DNA from: Candidatus Nitrosopumilus koreensis AR1
GTDB taxonomy: Archaea; Thermoproteota; Nitrososphaeria; Nitrososphaerales; Nitrosopumilaceae
Direction: 5' to 3'
Assembly (NCBI RefSeq): GCF_000299365.1
Contig: NC_018655.1
Span: 690,001 to 722,000, forward strand
Length of the DNA: 32,000 nt
The notes below the pieces were generated by a model. The model was not told the origin of the DNA, searched no databases, and worked only from the letters and a program-made list of their open reading frames with translations. Made by a program: the position numbers and the translations under genes. Each line of letters starts with the position of its first letter. Position 1 is the first letter of the stretch. Shown here piece after piece: positions 19,045-28,512 of the stretch.

Positions 19045-19179
19045 TGATGTCGTTAGTTATAAAATCTAACGAATAAACCGCGTAGCCCCGCAGAACAATA
19101 AAGGCACTCAGGCGTTTTGACGACCTGACCATGAGAGGGAATCTCTCAAAGTTCTGCAGTTAGGGGGTTGCGCCTTTTT
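19045..19179 (+). ncRNA. candidate structured non-coding RNA, family unassigned
   Basis: GC-rich island in AT-rich DNA. Stem TCGTTAG/CTAACGA (19050-56/19066-72); outer helix GCGTAGCCCC/GGGGTTGCGC (19080-89/19164-73) with G-U pairs; GCAGAAC/GTTCTGC (19090-96/19151-57). It encloses hairpins TCAGGCGT-TTTG-ACGaCCTGA (19108-28) and TGAGAG-GGAAT-CTCTCA (19132-48), followed by TTTTT (19175-79). TATA-like ctaaatatta lies at 19011-19020. Confidence 0.7.
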
Positions 19180-19247
19180 CATTTCTAAAAGTTCAGTTCA
19201 TTCATTCTTAAATACGCGTTGAAATATTTTTGATATGACGAACCATT

Positions 19248-20084
19248 ATGCATCAATTATTAGATATGGATAAAAAAATAGTTTTGCCGTTATTGTTTGG
19301 CTTTTTCATTTTATCTGTTGGATTCATTTACCCTGCATATGCAATAGAAAAACCAGACATTATAGTATCTCATACTGAAATTGATTTTGGTGACGTAGTA
19401 GTTGGGGAATCAAGTTCTGAATCTTTTTTTTCAATTGCTAATCTTAATGGACCAGAAACCGTAACTCTTAATTTTTCTATTTCACTTGATGATGCGACTA
19501 ACTTTACTATTGCCTCAAATTCCTGTGGAGCAAGTTTACTTCCAGGAGAATCCTGCGTTGTGGGCTTGATCTTTACACCAATTTCAGATGGTGCAAAGCA
19601 CTCATCTGTAGCAATCCTTTCAGACGATCATGAAACCTCTGTCATACTAATTGATTTGTTTGGAACTGGAATTTCTGATAATGCAGTTGATTCGGACGGT
19701 GATGGGGTACCTGATGTTGACGATGTCTGCGAAGGATTTGATGACACTGTAGATACGGATAGTGATGGAATACCTGATGGGTGTGATATAGAAGTCGTTC
19801 CTCTAAGTTGTGGTGGTGGAACAATTCAACAAGGAAATGAGTGTGTGGTGGATCCTGCATTAACTCAACAAGTAAGTAACTTAGAAGACACTCTAGAGGA
19901 AAAAAATCAAGAAATAACTACTCTTAATGGTATTATTGATGCTCTAGAACAAACTATTGCAGATCTTACTGCTCAACTAGAAGATGCATTACAAATTATT
20001 GCTGATTTGGAAGATGGTATGCCGTGGAATAATAACAACGCCAATGAGAATGCATCGCCTGGCCCTATAGGAAAGAAACCTTAG
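19248..20084 (+). CDS. secreted protein: choice-of-anchor/Hydin-like beta domain, thrombospondin type 3 Ca-binding repeat, coiled coil; start may be 19266
   Basis: IDFGDVVVGESSSESFFSIANLNGPETVTLNFSIS...CVVGLIFTPISDG; VDSDGDGVPDVDDVCEGFDDTVDTDSDGIPDGCD; then a heptad-like region SNLEDTLEEKNQEITTLNGIIDALEQTI. Confidence 0.8.
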   Translation: MHQLLDMDKKIVLPLLFGFFILSVGFIYPAYAIEKPDIIVSHTEIDFGDVVVGESSSESFFSIANLNGPETVTLNFSISLDDATNFTIASNSCGASLLPGESCVVGLIFTPISDGAKHSSVAILSDDHETSVILIDLFGTGISDNAVDSDGDGVPDVDDVCEGFDDTVDTDSDGIPDGCDIEVVPLSCGGGTIQQGNECVVDPALTQQVSNLEDTLEEKNQEITTLNGIIDALEQTIADLTAQLEDALQIIADLEDGMPWNNNNANENASPGPIGKKP

Positions 20085-20183
20085 ATAATTAATTCATGCT
20101 TTAGACATAACAGAATCGTTCATGGTATGCAGAAACAATATTGTGATTAGATTTTTAATTTTTTGAATTTTATCTAAAATCTC

Positions 20184-21275
20184 TTATGTGACGATTTCAT
20201 CTAGTCTGTCTTCTTCCTGTGCACGTTTTATCTCCATTGCAATTCTTCTTCCAACGCCAAATGTTTTTCCGTACTGGTATTTTGTGTACGGACTAGTAGT
20301 TGCAACGATTGGGTTTCCTGGAACTCGCAATGACACGTCATAGACAATCAACTCCAAATCTTTTGTAATTACGCTTTGCAGTGAAAATGGCCCAATTATT
20401 CCTGGGGCATATTCTTTTTTTACTGCATTGACAAACTTGTCTCCCATCTTAAACACCTTTTCTAATAGCGACTCTCTGATGCTTGCAGGTGTGTGTCCTA
20501 CCTCGATATTTTGCAAATCCACATCAATGTCTAGTTGCTGTTGTGCTGGAAGTGCATTATAGTCATGAATGTTTGTCTGTAGTCTTCGCTCAATTCCAAT
20601 AAAATCAACTTGGTCTGAAATTGGAGTGTGAAAGAAATTAAAATTCATGTATGTCCCAATTGCCAACTCTTCAATGCTTGCCTTTTCTAGGTCCTTTCTT
20701 GCAATTACTCCTTGTTTTATCTTCTCTTCGGATTTTTTGACATAATCCTTGTATGATGATACTGTAAAAAATGCCCTTTCTAATGGTCTGTTCTTTTCTT
20801 GCACTTTGACAATACATGGCTTGTTGATTCTCTTTGGGTCTTTGAATAATTTAGGATATTTTATTCTGGCCTTTTCTAAAAGATAGTACTGTCCTTTTTT
20901 GGCAGTTCTCTCTTCTGCCTGGAATAGCTTTCTGTTTCCAAAGATTGGAACTCTAAAAGAGTTTTCAATTGTCTTGTATCCAAGATAAACTGTAAGGGAG
21001 CGGTGTGGAACAATTATTGTGTTTGACTCTCTTAATTCCTTTTGAATCTTGGCTGATGTCATGTCTTTGAATTTGTTTAAAACGGTAATCTCATCTGCAA
21101 TTCTGCCAAATCTTTGGTAAGGTCCTTCTCTGCCTTTTTGGCAAAAAACTCTTGTCTGAAAGTCTTCATCCTTTGCTCCATCCATAATCTCAAGAGCTGA
21201 GTGACTTCCAAGTACTCCTATTTTTACATCTGAGTATTCATTAACAATTTTCTTGATCTCCGAGCTATTAATCAC
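20184..21275 (-). CDS. purP: FAICAR synthetase PurP-like protein (5-formaminoimidazole-4-carboxamide ribonucleotide synthetase family)
   Basis: GVLGSHSALEIMDGAKDEDFQTRVFCQKGRE...; VDFIGIERRLQTN; EVGHTPASIRESLLEKVFKMGDKFV; typical of archaeal PurP family proteins. Confidence 0.8.
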   Translation of the reverse strand: MINSSEIKKIVNEYSDVKIGVLGSHSALEIMDGAKDEDFQTRVFCQKGREGPYQRFGRIADEITVLNKFKDMTSAKIQKELRESNTIIVPHRSLTVYLGYKTIENSFRVPIFGNRKLFQAEERTAKKGQYYLLEKARIKYPKLFKDPKRINKPCIVKVQEKNRPLERAFFTVSSYKDYVKKSEEKIKQGVIARKDLEKASIEELAIGTYMNFNFFHTPISDQVDFIGIERRLQTNIHDYNALPAQQQLDIDVDLQNIEVGHTPASIRESLLEKVFKMGDKFVNAVKKEYAPGIIGPFSLQSVITKDLELIVYDVSLRVPGNPIVATTSPYTKYQYGKTFGVGRRIAMEIKRAQEEDRLDEIVT

Positions 21276-21396
21276 AATATGCCTTGAAATTAGGATCTAA
21301 TATAGCTAATTTTCATTTTTTAGGATCGTATAAAATCACAAGATTTTTGTGAATTGGTGTTTCTTTCTAGTTGTGCTGTATAGTTTTGAATTGCAG

Positions 21397-21513
21397 ATGG
21401 CAGGTGTAATACTATTAACTGCAATGGCTGTTGGCGGAATCACACTCTGGCTTAAACGAAGAAAGGAGAGAAAAGAATTGGAGGCATCCGATAATAGCGA
21501 GCCTCATATCTAG
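21397..21513 (+). CDS. 38-aa single-TM small membrane protein
   Basis: MAGVILLTAMAVGGITLWLKRRKERKELEASDNSEPHI; not in track. Confidence 0.45.
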   Translation: MAGVILLTAMAVGGITLWLKRRKERKELEASDNSEPHI

Positions 21514-21570
21514 TGTTAAGGTAATTTTTCTATCTAATACATAAAATACTCTGGCTTCTAATCATATTCA

Positions 21571-22128
21571 TTGAAACTAATAATTGGAATTACTGGCAGT
21601 ACCGGAGTAATCTATGGCATTCGAATGCTTGAGACTCTCAAGAAATTAAACATTGAAACTCATTTGATCATGTCTGAATGGGGAGAAAAATGCATTCCAA
21701 TGGAAACTGAATTTACATCTGATTATGTAAAGTCACTTGCAACAAATGTCTCTGATGAAAAAAATATGGCCTCTAGTATTTCCAGTGGAACTCACAAAGT
21801 TGATGGGATGATTATTGCTCCATGTAGCATGAAAACATTGGCTGCAATTGCAAATGGATATGATGACACACTTGTCGCAAGAGCTGCAGGAGTTACAATA
21901 AAGGAATCTAGGAAACTGATTCTAATGGTACGTGAAACTCCATTGTCTGCAATTCATCTAGAAAACATGCTAAAACTCTCAAGATTGGGAATTGTTATTT
22001 TGCCTCCCGTAACTGAATTTTATACCAAGCCCAAATCCATTGATGATATTGTAAATCATGGTGTAGGAAAATGTCTGGACCAGTTTGACATAGAACACAA
22101 TTTATACCCTCGATGGGGTACTCTCTAA
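21571..22128 (+). CDS. ubiX: UbiX family flavin prenyltransferase
   Basis: IIGITGSTGVIYGIRMLETLKK, IIAPCSMKTLAAIANGYDDTLVARAAGVTIKESRKLILMVRETPLSAIHLENMLKLSRLGIVILPP: strong UbiX signature; TTG start. Confidence 0.93.
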   Translation: MKLIIGITGSTGVIYGIRMLETLKKLNIETHLIMSEWGEKCIPMETEFTSDYVKSLATNVSDEKNMASSISSGTHKVDGMIIAPCSMKTLAAIANGYDDTLVARAAGVTIKESRKLILMVRETPLSAIHLENMLKLSRLGIVILPPVTEFYTKPKSIDDIVNHGVGKCLDQFDIEHNLYPRWGTL

Positions 22129-22135
22129 ATTACAA

Positions 22136-22564
22136 TTGCCACAGTTTTCCTTTGAAAAAATTAGCACTGCTGATAGAAAAAAAATCTATGACATATTTTC
22201 AGATTATGAAAACTATCAAAAAACATCTCCAATGTTTTTCCCTTCTGTTAGGATTCGCTCAGTCAGAGATAATGTTGCAGTAGTTGAAGAGCATTTGAAT
22301 TTGGGTGATGATGAATTTGTGATTATGGCAAAGCATGTTACTGATGAGCCAGTATTGCATGATGTTTATGTTATTGGCGGTGATGCAAAGGGCTCTCACA
22401 TTCGTGAACAGTTTTTAGAAGTTTCTCAAGGAACAAAAATCCTAGTTGATGTTGATTTGAAATTAAAAGGAAAAATGAAATTAGGAGGATTATTTTCTAA
22501 AAACAAGTATCATCAGAATTACGAAGAAATTGTAGATAATTTTATAAAAATTGCTGAAAACTAG
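22136..22564 (+). CDS. SRPBCC / COQ10-like START-domain protein
   Basis: FSFEKISTADRKKIYDIFSDYENYQKTSPMFFPSVRIRSVRDNVAVVEEHLNL...; 7 nt after ubiX. Confidence 0.75.
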   Translation: MPQFSFEKISTADRKKIYDIFSDYENYQKTSPMFFPSVRIRSVRDNVAVVEEHLNLGDDEFVIMAKHVTDEPVLHDVYVIGGDAKGSHIREQFLEVSQGTKILVDVDLKLKGKMKLGGLFSKNKYHQNYEEIVDNFIKIAEN

Positions 22565-22767
22565 TCTGATTTTGCTTCTTTGTCTTTAAAGTCTTTTAGC
22601 TCTTTTTCGCCTTCAATCTTGCCTTTCTCAAACTCACCTTTGGCTTTTCCAAAAGTCTTTGCAAGTTCTGGAATTTTTTTGGCACCAAAGATCAGTACAA
22701 CTGCAATGACAATGATGAATATCCATTCTTGACCTGCAATGAAATTGGCTAAATTCATACCAAACAT
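22561..22767 (-). CDS. tatA: twin-arginine translocase subunit TatA/TatE
   Basis: FIIVIAVVLIFGAKKIPELAKTFGKAKGEFEKGKIEGEKELK: TM helix, hinge and amphipathic helix of TatA. Confidence 0.9.
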   Translation of the reverse strand: MFGMNLANFIAGQEWIFIIVIAVVLIFGAKKIPELAKTFGKAKGEFEKGKIEGEKELKDFKDKEAKSD

Positions 22768-22794
22768 TCTGAGTCTCTTTATCTAAATTCGGAT

Positions 22795-23586
22795 TTAAGT
22801 GTTCAACTTTTTGCGTTCTTTACGCTCGATTAGTACCATGCCTGCAACATACAATGCTATCATGGGTGCTGCAATAAACCACATGGTGACACCGCTTCCG
22901 TCCGGAGTGATGACTGCCCCGAAGATCACAATTGCTACAATTGCGTATCTGATATTTTTGCGCCAAAAATCAGAATCAACCATTCCCGATGCAGAAATGG
23001 CATACATAACTAGAGGAAGCTGAAATGAAAATCCAAATGCCAACAAAAATTGTAATACAAACGTGACAAATTCAATTACATTAAGAAATGTTACTAGTCC
23101 TGCAGATTCACCGTATCTGTACAAGAATTCTAAGATGTACGGGATTACTAAATTGTATGAAAAAACACATCCTGTGATAAACAACCCAAGAGCTGGAATT
23201 GTAATGCTTCTGCTAACATTAATCTCGTTTTCTTTTAGAGCTGGTTTGATAAATCCAACCATCTCTTTGATTATGACTGGCATGCCGACTACAATTCCGA
23301 CAAGTGCTGCAATGTAGACTTGTGCAAAGAACGCTTGACCAGGAGCTGTCTGAATCAGCTGCACATCTTCTGGAACGAGATTTATTTTCATGTGGTTGGT
23401 AATTTGTGCTGCAATGTTGTTTAGCGGTTCAGGTGTTGGATAGTATAGTGTGGTTTGACCAACCTGTATTGGTTCGGCATGAAATGACAGGATAAATGCT
23501 GTAATTATTCCAATTACCAGTACAATCCGCAGTATTCTCTTTCTTAATTCCTCAAAATGCTGATTGATACCATCTAGCTCTGACAT
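22795..23586 (-). CDS. tatC: twin-arginine translocase subunit TatC
   Basis: HFEELRKRILRIVLVIGIITAFILSF...FGFSFQLPLVMY...RKNIRYAIVAIVIFGAVITPDGSGVTMWFIAAPMIALY. Confidence 0.93.
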   Translation of the reverse strand: MSELDGINQHFEELRKRILRIVLVIGIITAFILSFHAEPIQVGQTTLYYPTPEPLNNIAAQITNHMKINLVPEDVQLIQTAPGQAFFAQVYIAALVGIVVGMPVIIKEMVGFIKPALKENEINVSRSITIPALGLFITGCVFSYNLVIPYILEFLYRYGESAGLVTFLNVIEFVTFVLQFLLAFGFSFQLPLVMYAISASGMVDSDFWRKNIRYAIVAIVIFGAVITPDGSGVTMWFIAAPMIALYVAGMVLIERKERKKLNT

Positions 23587-23613
23587 CTAATCTCTTTGTG
23601 TTTTTAGCTATAT

Positions 23614-24114
23614 CTATTTGCCGGGAATTGGCAATAGTTTTGCATCCGGCAATCCGTCTTCTTTTAACTGCTCTATTGAGATGCCCTCAAATTCTAAGGA
23701 AATTATGGCCTTTGTGTTGAATTTTGATTCCATCTCTTTTGCCAACCTTGCAATGTCCTTGCTAGAGTAGATTTCTTGAGAACCTTTTAGGAAGATTCTT
23801 TCTCCTTTTTCCATCTCTTTTCCACCAAATTTTCCTTGCAGAAAACTGGTAATTTCTGGAAGTTCTTTTCTGTCTATGTTGTTATGATAATAACAGATTC
23901 CTTTTACTGACTCATAATCATATGCTGTACCATTTCGATACATGAAAACTCCGATAAAATGTGCTTCATCTTCTGGTTCTCTGATGCATTTTATCTCCCA
24001 ATTTAGCAAATTCTCTTCTTTATAGCTGAATCCTTCCATCTCATCAGATGTAATTTTCCAGTATCTTGATCTTGGCATGTTGATATGTTCAAAACATTCT
24101 GATATAAATTCCAA
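23614..24114 (-). CDS. hypothetical protein (166 aa)
   Basis: Intact ORF with plausible composition. Confidence 0.65.
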   Translation of the reverse strand: MEFISECFEHINMPRSRYWKITSDEMEGFSYKEENLLNWEIKCIREPEDEAHFIGVFMYRNGTAYDYESVKGICYYHNNIDRKELPEITSFLQGKFGGKEMEKGERIFLKGSQEIYSSKDIARLAKEMESKFNTKAIISLEFEGISIEQLKEDGLPDAKLLPIPGK

Positions 24115-24193
24115 TATTGCCTTGATTGTGACTAATGCCTGTTTGTGGGAAATTCGATGTCTCTTTTTATATTAAAAATGGATATTGTGATTA

Positions 24194-24349
24194 TTGGGAG
24201 ACCGAATTACCATTGTACTGAACACTGAAAATGCTGAAAAACTTCGAAATATTCAAGCAAAGATGATCAGGTCATCAACAAAATCAGTAAGCTTCTCACA
24301 CGTTTTGAATTTAGTTCTAAGTGAAGGACTAAAAAAATTCAAAGCATAA
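24194..24349 (+). CDS. ribbon-helix-helix (CopG/Arc-like) small DNA-binding protein, 51 aa
   Basis: TTG start gives MGDRITIVLNTENAEKLRNIQAKMIRSSTKSVSFSHVLNLVLSEGLKKFKA: beta strand RITIVL followed by two helices; not in track. Confidence 0.65.
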   Translation: MGDRITIVLNTENAEKLRNIQAKMIRSSTKSVSFSHVLNLVLSEGLKKFKA

Positions 24350-24396
24350 CTGCAACAATACAATTGTTCATTTACTGTATCTGACTTTGACTATGT

Positions 24397-24780
24397 GTGA
24401 GATCTCATAATCCTCTTTATCCTATAGAAGTTGATGACTACCCCAAACTTTTTGATTATGTATTGACTGCTAATGGATTGGTCTATTTTCAGTCTTTGAA
24501 AAGAAATTACATTTTGGGGAAAAACATGACTCAAGATGAATACAACAAACTACGGTTGTTGTATGTGTATTGTGCTACAGCAAACAGAAACCCTTCTGAA
24601 GTATTTGCATGGCAGGATCTATGTGTGACTCTTGATAATAAGGGAATTATTGAAAAGGAAATGTTTCATTCAAAAGAAGACTTGATAAATAAACAACTCA
24701 TCACAAAAAATCCTCATTATCATTCTGGTCTTTATAGAAAATACACTGAATTTGTAAAAAATAAAATGAACTCAGAGTAA
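24397..24780 (+). CDS. hypothetical protein (127 aa)
   Basis: Intact GTG-initiated ORF. Confidence 0.6.
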   Translation: MRSHNPLYPIEVDDYPKLFDYVLTANGLVYFQSLKRNYILGKNMTQDEYNKLRLLYVYCATANRNPSEVFAWQDLCVTLDNKGIIEKEMFHSKEDLINKQLITKNPHYHSGLYRKYTEFVKNKMNSE

Positions 24781-24828
24781 CCGATTCTGGGCTGGGTAAT
24801 TCTGTACAACACAAGTCCTCAGAATCGG
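24781..24828. repeat. 9-bp inverted repeat / stem-loop immediately after a stop codon
   Basis: CCGATTCTG (24781-24789) and CAGAATCGG (24820-24828). Confidence 0.7.
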
Positions 24829-24913
24829 AAACTTGCTACTTGTTTTCAAAATAAGTATAAAAACACAAAATTATTCGGAAGATAGATTAACCGCGATTCA
24901 AATCTGCAGATTG

Positions 24914-25174
24914 TTGAGCACATTTGATGTCCATGTAACTATTGAAAACAAGCCTGGAATCAATGATCCTGAAGGTGACACAATCCTAAATGATTTGGTG
25001 CTAAAAGGAACTCACAAAACTGTATCTAAAATCAAAACTGCAAAGATGCTAAAATTCACAATCAAAGAAAAAGACAAAAAAACTGCTCAATCAAAAGTGC
25101 AGGAAATTTGCGATGACTTGCGCATTTACAATCCAATGGTAAGCAAAGTCACAATTGATGTTTTTGATTCCTAA
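24914..25174 (+). CDS. purS: phosphoribosylformylglycinamidine synthase subunit PurS
   Basis: TTG start gives MSTFDVHVTIENKPGINDPEGDTILNDLVLKGTHKTVSKIKTAKMLKFTIKEKDKKTAQSKVQEICDDLRIYNPMVSKVTIDVFDS, typical PurS; track start 24833 considered too far upstream. Confidence 0.82.
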   Translation: MSTFDVHVTIENKPGINDPEGDTILNDLVLKGTHKTVSKIKTAKMLKFTIKEKDKKTAQSKVQEICDDLRIYNPMVSKVTIDVFDS

Positions 25175-25593
25175 TCTTTTTCAGAATCTATGTTATCTAA
25201 CATTCCATTAATCAAGAGTTTGCTGCGCAAAAATTCTGCCAAGTTTGTTTGAGTAATGACTCCTACTAGTTTCTCATCTTCTAAAATGATTAATCGTCTG
25301 ATGTTATTGTTTAGCATTTTTTGTACTGCATCCTCAATTACTGTGTCTGGACTAACCCATCTGAACTTTTTTGACATTATGTCTTCAATCAAAACTGATG
25401 ATGCCTTTAGATCCTCGGCTGCAATCTTTTGAACAATGTCTCTTTCTGAGACAACTCCTACTGGTTTTCCGTCTTGTATTATGACCAAAAAACTGATCTC
25501 TTTTTCTTTTAGAATGGTTGCAGCATCGTACACTGTTTTGTTATGTTCAATGGTGATGACATTTTTTTGCATAATGTCTCGTACGTGAGCCAT
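25171..25593 (-). CDS. tandem CBS domain protein
   Basis: VRDIMQKNVITIEHNKTVYDAATILKEKEISFLVIIQDGKPVGVVSERDIVQKI...VLIEDIMSKKFRWVSPDTVIEDAVQKMLNNNIRRLIILEDEKLVGVITQTNL. Confidence 0.92.
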   Translation of the reverse strand: MAHVRDIMQKNVITIEHNKTVYDAATILKEKEISFLVIIQDGKPVGVVSERDIVQKIAAEDLKASSVLIEDIMSKKFRWVSPDTVIEDAVQKMLNNNIRRLIILEDEKLVGVITQTNLAEFLRSKLLINGMLDNIDSEKD

Positions 25594-25670
25594 GCGATCA
25601 TAATGTCTTTTACCATAATTATTTTTTCTGACTAGACTCAGATTAAATATCGCCGGATCTAATTATAATT

Positions 25671-26350
25671 GTGAAAGTTGGGGTTGTAGTTTTTCCTGGC
25701 AGCAATTGTGATCGTGACATGTATCATGTACTAACTGATGTCTTTAATCTTGATGCACAATACTATTGGCATGAAAAACCTCTACCAAAAAATATTGATG
25801 CTGTGATTCTTCCTGGTGGATTCTCATATGGTGATAGATTGCGCGCAGGGGTGATAGCTGCCCATAGCCCAATCATTAAAGATGTTCAAAAGATGGCAAA
25901 AAAAGGAATTCCAATTTTAGGAGTCTGCAATGGCTTTCAAATTCTTGTGGAGGCCGGCCTTCTGCCTGGTGTGTTGCTAAAAAACGAGTCTCTGAACTTT
26001 ATGTGTGAATGGACAAATCTGATTGTTGAGAACAACAAAACACCATTTACAAACCAATTCAAATTAAAACAAAAAATTCCAATTCCTATTGCAAACGGTG
26101 AGGGGAGATACTATGTTGATGATAAAACTTTGAAACAACTAAAGAAAAAAATCAGATTGTGTTTAGGTATGAAGAAGTAGTTAATGGCTCATCAGATAGA
26201 ATTGCAGGTGTGTGTAATGAAGATGGAAATGTTGTTGGCATGATGCCTCATCCTGAAAGAGCAGTAGAGTCTGAAATTAATCCAATTGATAACAAACCCT
26301 CATCTTTAATCTTTGAATCTCTGTTGACAAAAATGGGTGTAAGCAATTGA
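25671..26350 (+). CDS. purQ: phosphoribosylformylglycinamidine synthase subunit PurQ, interrupted by a one-base frame break
   Basis: N-part [21 protein letters not shown]...[20 protein letters not shown]; C-part [36 protein letters not shown]. Adding one A to A7 26145-26151 joins them: [13 protein letters not shown]. Span of 680 plus 1 equals 227 codons. Confidence 0.9.
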
Positions 26351-28512
26351 GTCTAGAACCCCAGGAACTATCTGAACTAAAATCCAAAATTGGAAGAGAG
26401 CCAACTTCTACTGAATTACAAATTGTTGCAGCAGAATGGTCTGAACACTGTTCTTACAAATCCTCAAAAAAACATCTCAAAATGCTTCCAATGAAAGGAC
26501 CTCTTGTTATTACCGAGAAAGGATACGATTCAGGTGTTTTGGATGTTGGTGGTGGTTATGTTGTAACTGCTCATATTGAAAGCCATAACCACCCATCAGC
26601 TGTAGAACCATATGGTGGAGCTGCAACTGGAGTAGGCGGTGTAATTCGTGATATTTTATCTGCTGGAACAAGACCTATTGCTATTTTTGATGGATTGAGA
26701 TTTGGAGATATTGAAAAAGATCAACAAGCAAGATGGTTGTTCAAAAATGCCGTAACTGGCATTGCTGATTATGGAAACTGCTTAGGAATCCCAACAATTG
26801 GCGGAGAAGTGGAGTTTGATCAATGCTATGAAAACTATGCATTAGTAGATGTTGCTGCAGTAGGCTTTGGCAAAAAAGAGAATCTGATAAAAAATCATGC
26901 AAAGAAAGGTGACATTGTTGTATTGATGGGGGGCTCTACGGGCAGAGACGGAATTGGCGGCTCTCAGTTTGCATCTGACTCTCTAGAATCTGAAGACCGT
27001 TCTGCTGTTCAAATCCCTGACCCATTTATTGAAAAACTAATCATTGAAGCAGTTTTGGAGGCAAGAAATGCCAAACTAATCCATGCCATGAAAGACTTGG
27101 GAGGAGGTGGATTGTCTTGTGCCATTTCAGAAACTGCTGATGCTCTAGAGATCGGAATCGAGATGGATGTGAGCAAAGTTCACACTCGTGAATCTGACAT
27201 GCATCCTGATGAGATCATGGTCTCTGAATCCCAAGAAAGAATGTTGATTGTTACTAGTAAAACCAAATTCAAAAAACTACAACATATTTGTAAAAAATTC
27301 AGAATTGGTTGCTCTGTTATTGGAAGTGTAAAGTCTGATAACAAAATGCATATAAAAAAAGGCAAAAAGACGTTTGCAAATCTCCCAACAGATGTTGTTG
27401 CAAATGCCACTTTGCTTGATTTGCCATCAAAGGAACCTGCCTATCTTAAAACAATTACAAATGAAAAGAAACTCAAAACAATCTCTGATTATTCAAAGAC
27501 AATGATGAAACTACTTTCATCCCCAAACATTGCAAGCAAGATTTGGGTCTATGGACAATATGACCATGAAGTGGGAATCAGAACTGTAGTGAAACCTGGA
27601 AGAGACGCATCTGTTTTAAGATTAGATAATGGAAAATTCCTTTCAGTAAAAATTGACGGTAATCCAAAACAATGTTACATTAATCCTCGAGAAGGAGCAA
27701 TTGGATGTTTTGAGGAAGCATGTAGAAATGTAGTTTGTACTGGTGCAAAACCAATTGGAATGCTAGACCATCTTCAGTTTGGAAATCCAAAAGACCCAGA
27801 AATTTTCTGGACATTTTTAGAGTCTCTAAAGGGGCTAACTGATTTTGCAAAGGACTTTAAGATTCCATGTGTTGGCGGTAAAGTGAGCCTGTATAACGAA
27901 ACTCCTGCAGGCCCTATCAAGCCTACTCCATTAATTGGAGTTATCGGGCTAATTGACAAGCATCCACAAATTCCACAAAAAATCAACAATGATGACTGTC
28001 TGATTATTGTTGGAGAAACTAAAGATGAACTGGGTGGTTCTGAGTACTTTGAGTACATTCACAAGTTTATTGGCGGTAAATGCCCTGCAGTGGATTTTGC
28101 CGAATCAAAGAAGAACATGAAGTCTGTTTTGGAAATCATACAAAAACAACTCTTGAAATCTGCACATGATTGCTCAAAAGGTGGTCTGGCAGTTGCGGTA
28201 TCTGAGTTATCAATGACAAACCAAATAGGTTGCAAAATATCTTTAGAAAAAGTTCCTGGCAAAAAACTAGATGTTGACAGAGTCTTATTTTCAGAAAGCC
28301 ATTCTCGTTATCTTTTAGCATTTGATAAGAAAAATCTCTCAAAAGTTGAACAAATTCTCAAAAAGAACAAGACATCATACGATATCATAGGCAAATTTGG
28401 AGGAGAAAAGATTCAGTTTGTCAATGGCAAAAAACCAATCATAGATCTAAGAGTTGATAAGGCGCAAAAAGCTTGGTTAAATTCGTTAAGGGACTTGGTA
28501 CTGCATGGATGA
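26347..28512 (+). CDS. purL: phosphoribosylformylglycinamidine synthase subunit PurL
   Basis: [74 protein letters not shown]; TTG start overlapping the purQ TGA. Confidence 0.97.
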   Translation: MSLEPQELSELKSKIGREPTSTELQIVAAEWSEHCSYKSSKKHLKMLPMKGPLVITEKGYDSGVLDVGGGYVVTAHIESHNHPSAVEPYGGAATGVGGVIRDILSAGTRPIAIFDGLRFGDIEKDQQARWLFKNAVTGIADYGNCLGIPTIGGEVEFDQCYENYALVDVAAVGFGKKENLIKNHAKKGDIVVLMGGSTGRDGIGGSQFASDSLESEDRSAVQIPDPFIEKLIIEAVLEARNAKLIHAMKDLGGGGLSCAISETADALEIGIEMDVSKVHTRESDMHPDEIMVSESQERMLIVTSKTKFKKLQHICKKFRIGCSVIGSVKSDNKMHIKKGKKTFANLPTDVVANATLLDLPSKEPAYLKTITNEKKLKTISDYSKTMMKLLSSPNIASKIWVYGQYDHEVGIRTVVKPGRDASVLRLDNGKFLSVKIDGNPKQCYINPREGAIGCFEEACRNVVCTGAKPIGMLDHLQFGNPKDPEIFWTFLESLKGLTDFAKDFKIPCVGGKVSLYNETPAGPIKPTPLIGVIGLIDKHPQIPQKINNDDCLIIVGETKDELGGSEYFEYIHKFIGGKCPAVDFAESKKNMKSVLEIIQKQLLKSAHDCSKGGLAVAVSELSMTNQIGCKISLEKVPGKKLDVDRVLFSESHSRYLLAFDKKNLSKVEQILKKNKTSYDIIGKFGGEKIQFVNGKKPIIDLRVDKAQKAWLNSLRDLVLHG

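Noticed and set aside
26145-26151. Programmed -1 ribosomal frameshift at A7 in purQ
   Set aside because: The phasing of the A7 relative to the zero frame does not give a canonical X XXY YYZ heptamer, purQ is not known for frameshifting, and similar breaks occur at other tracts in the window. Homopolymer error is more economical, though slippage is not excluded.
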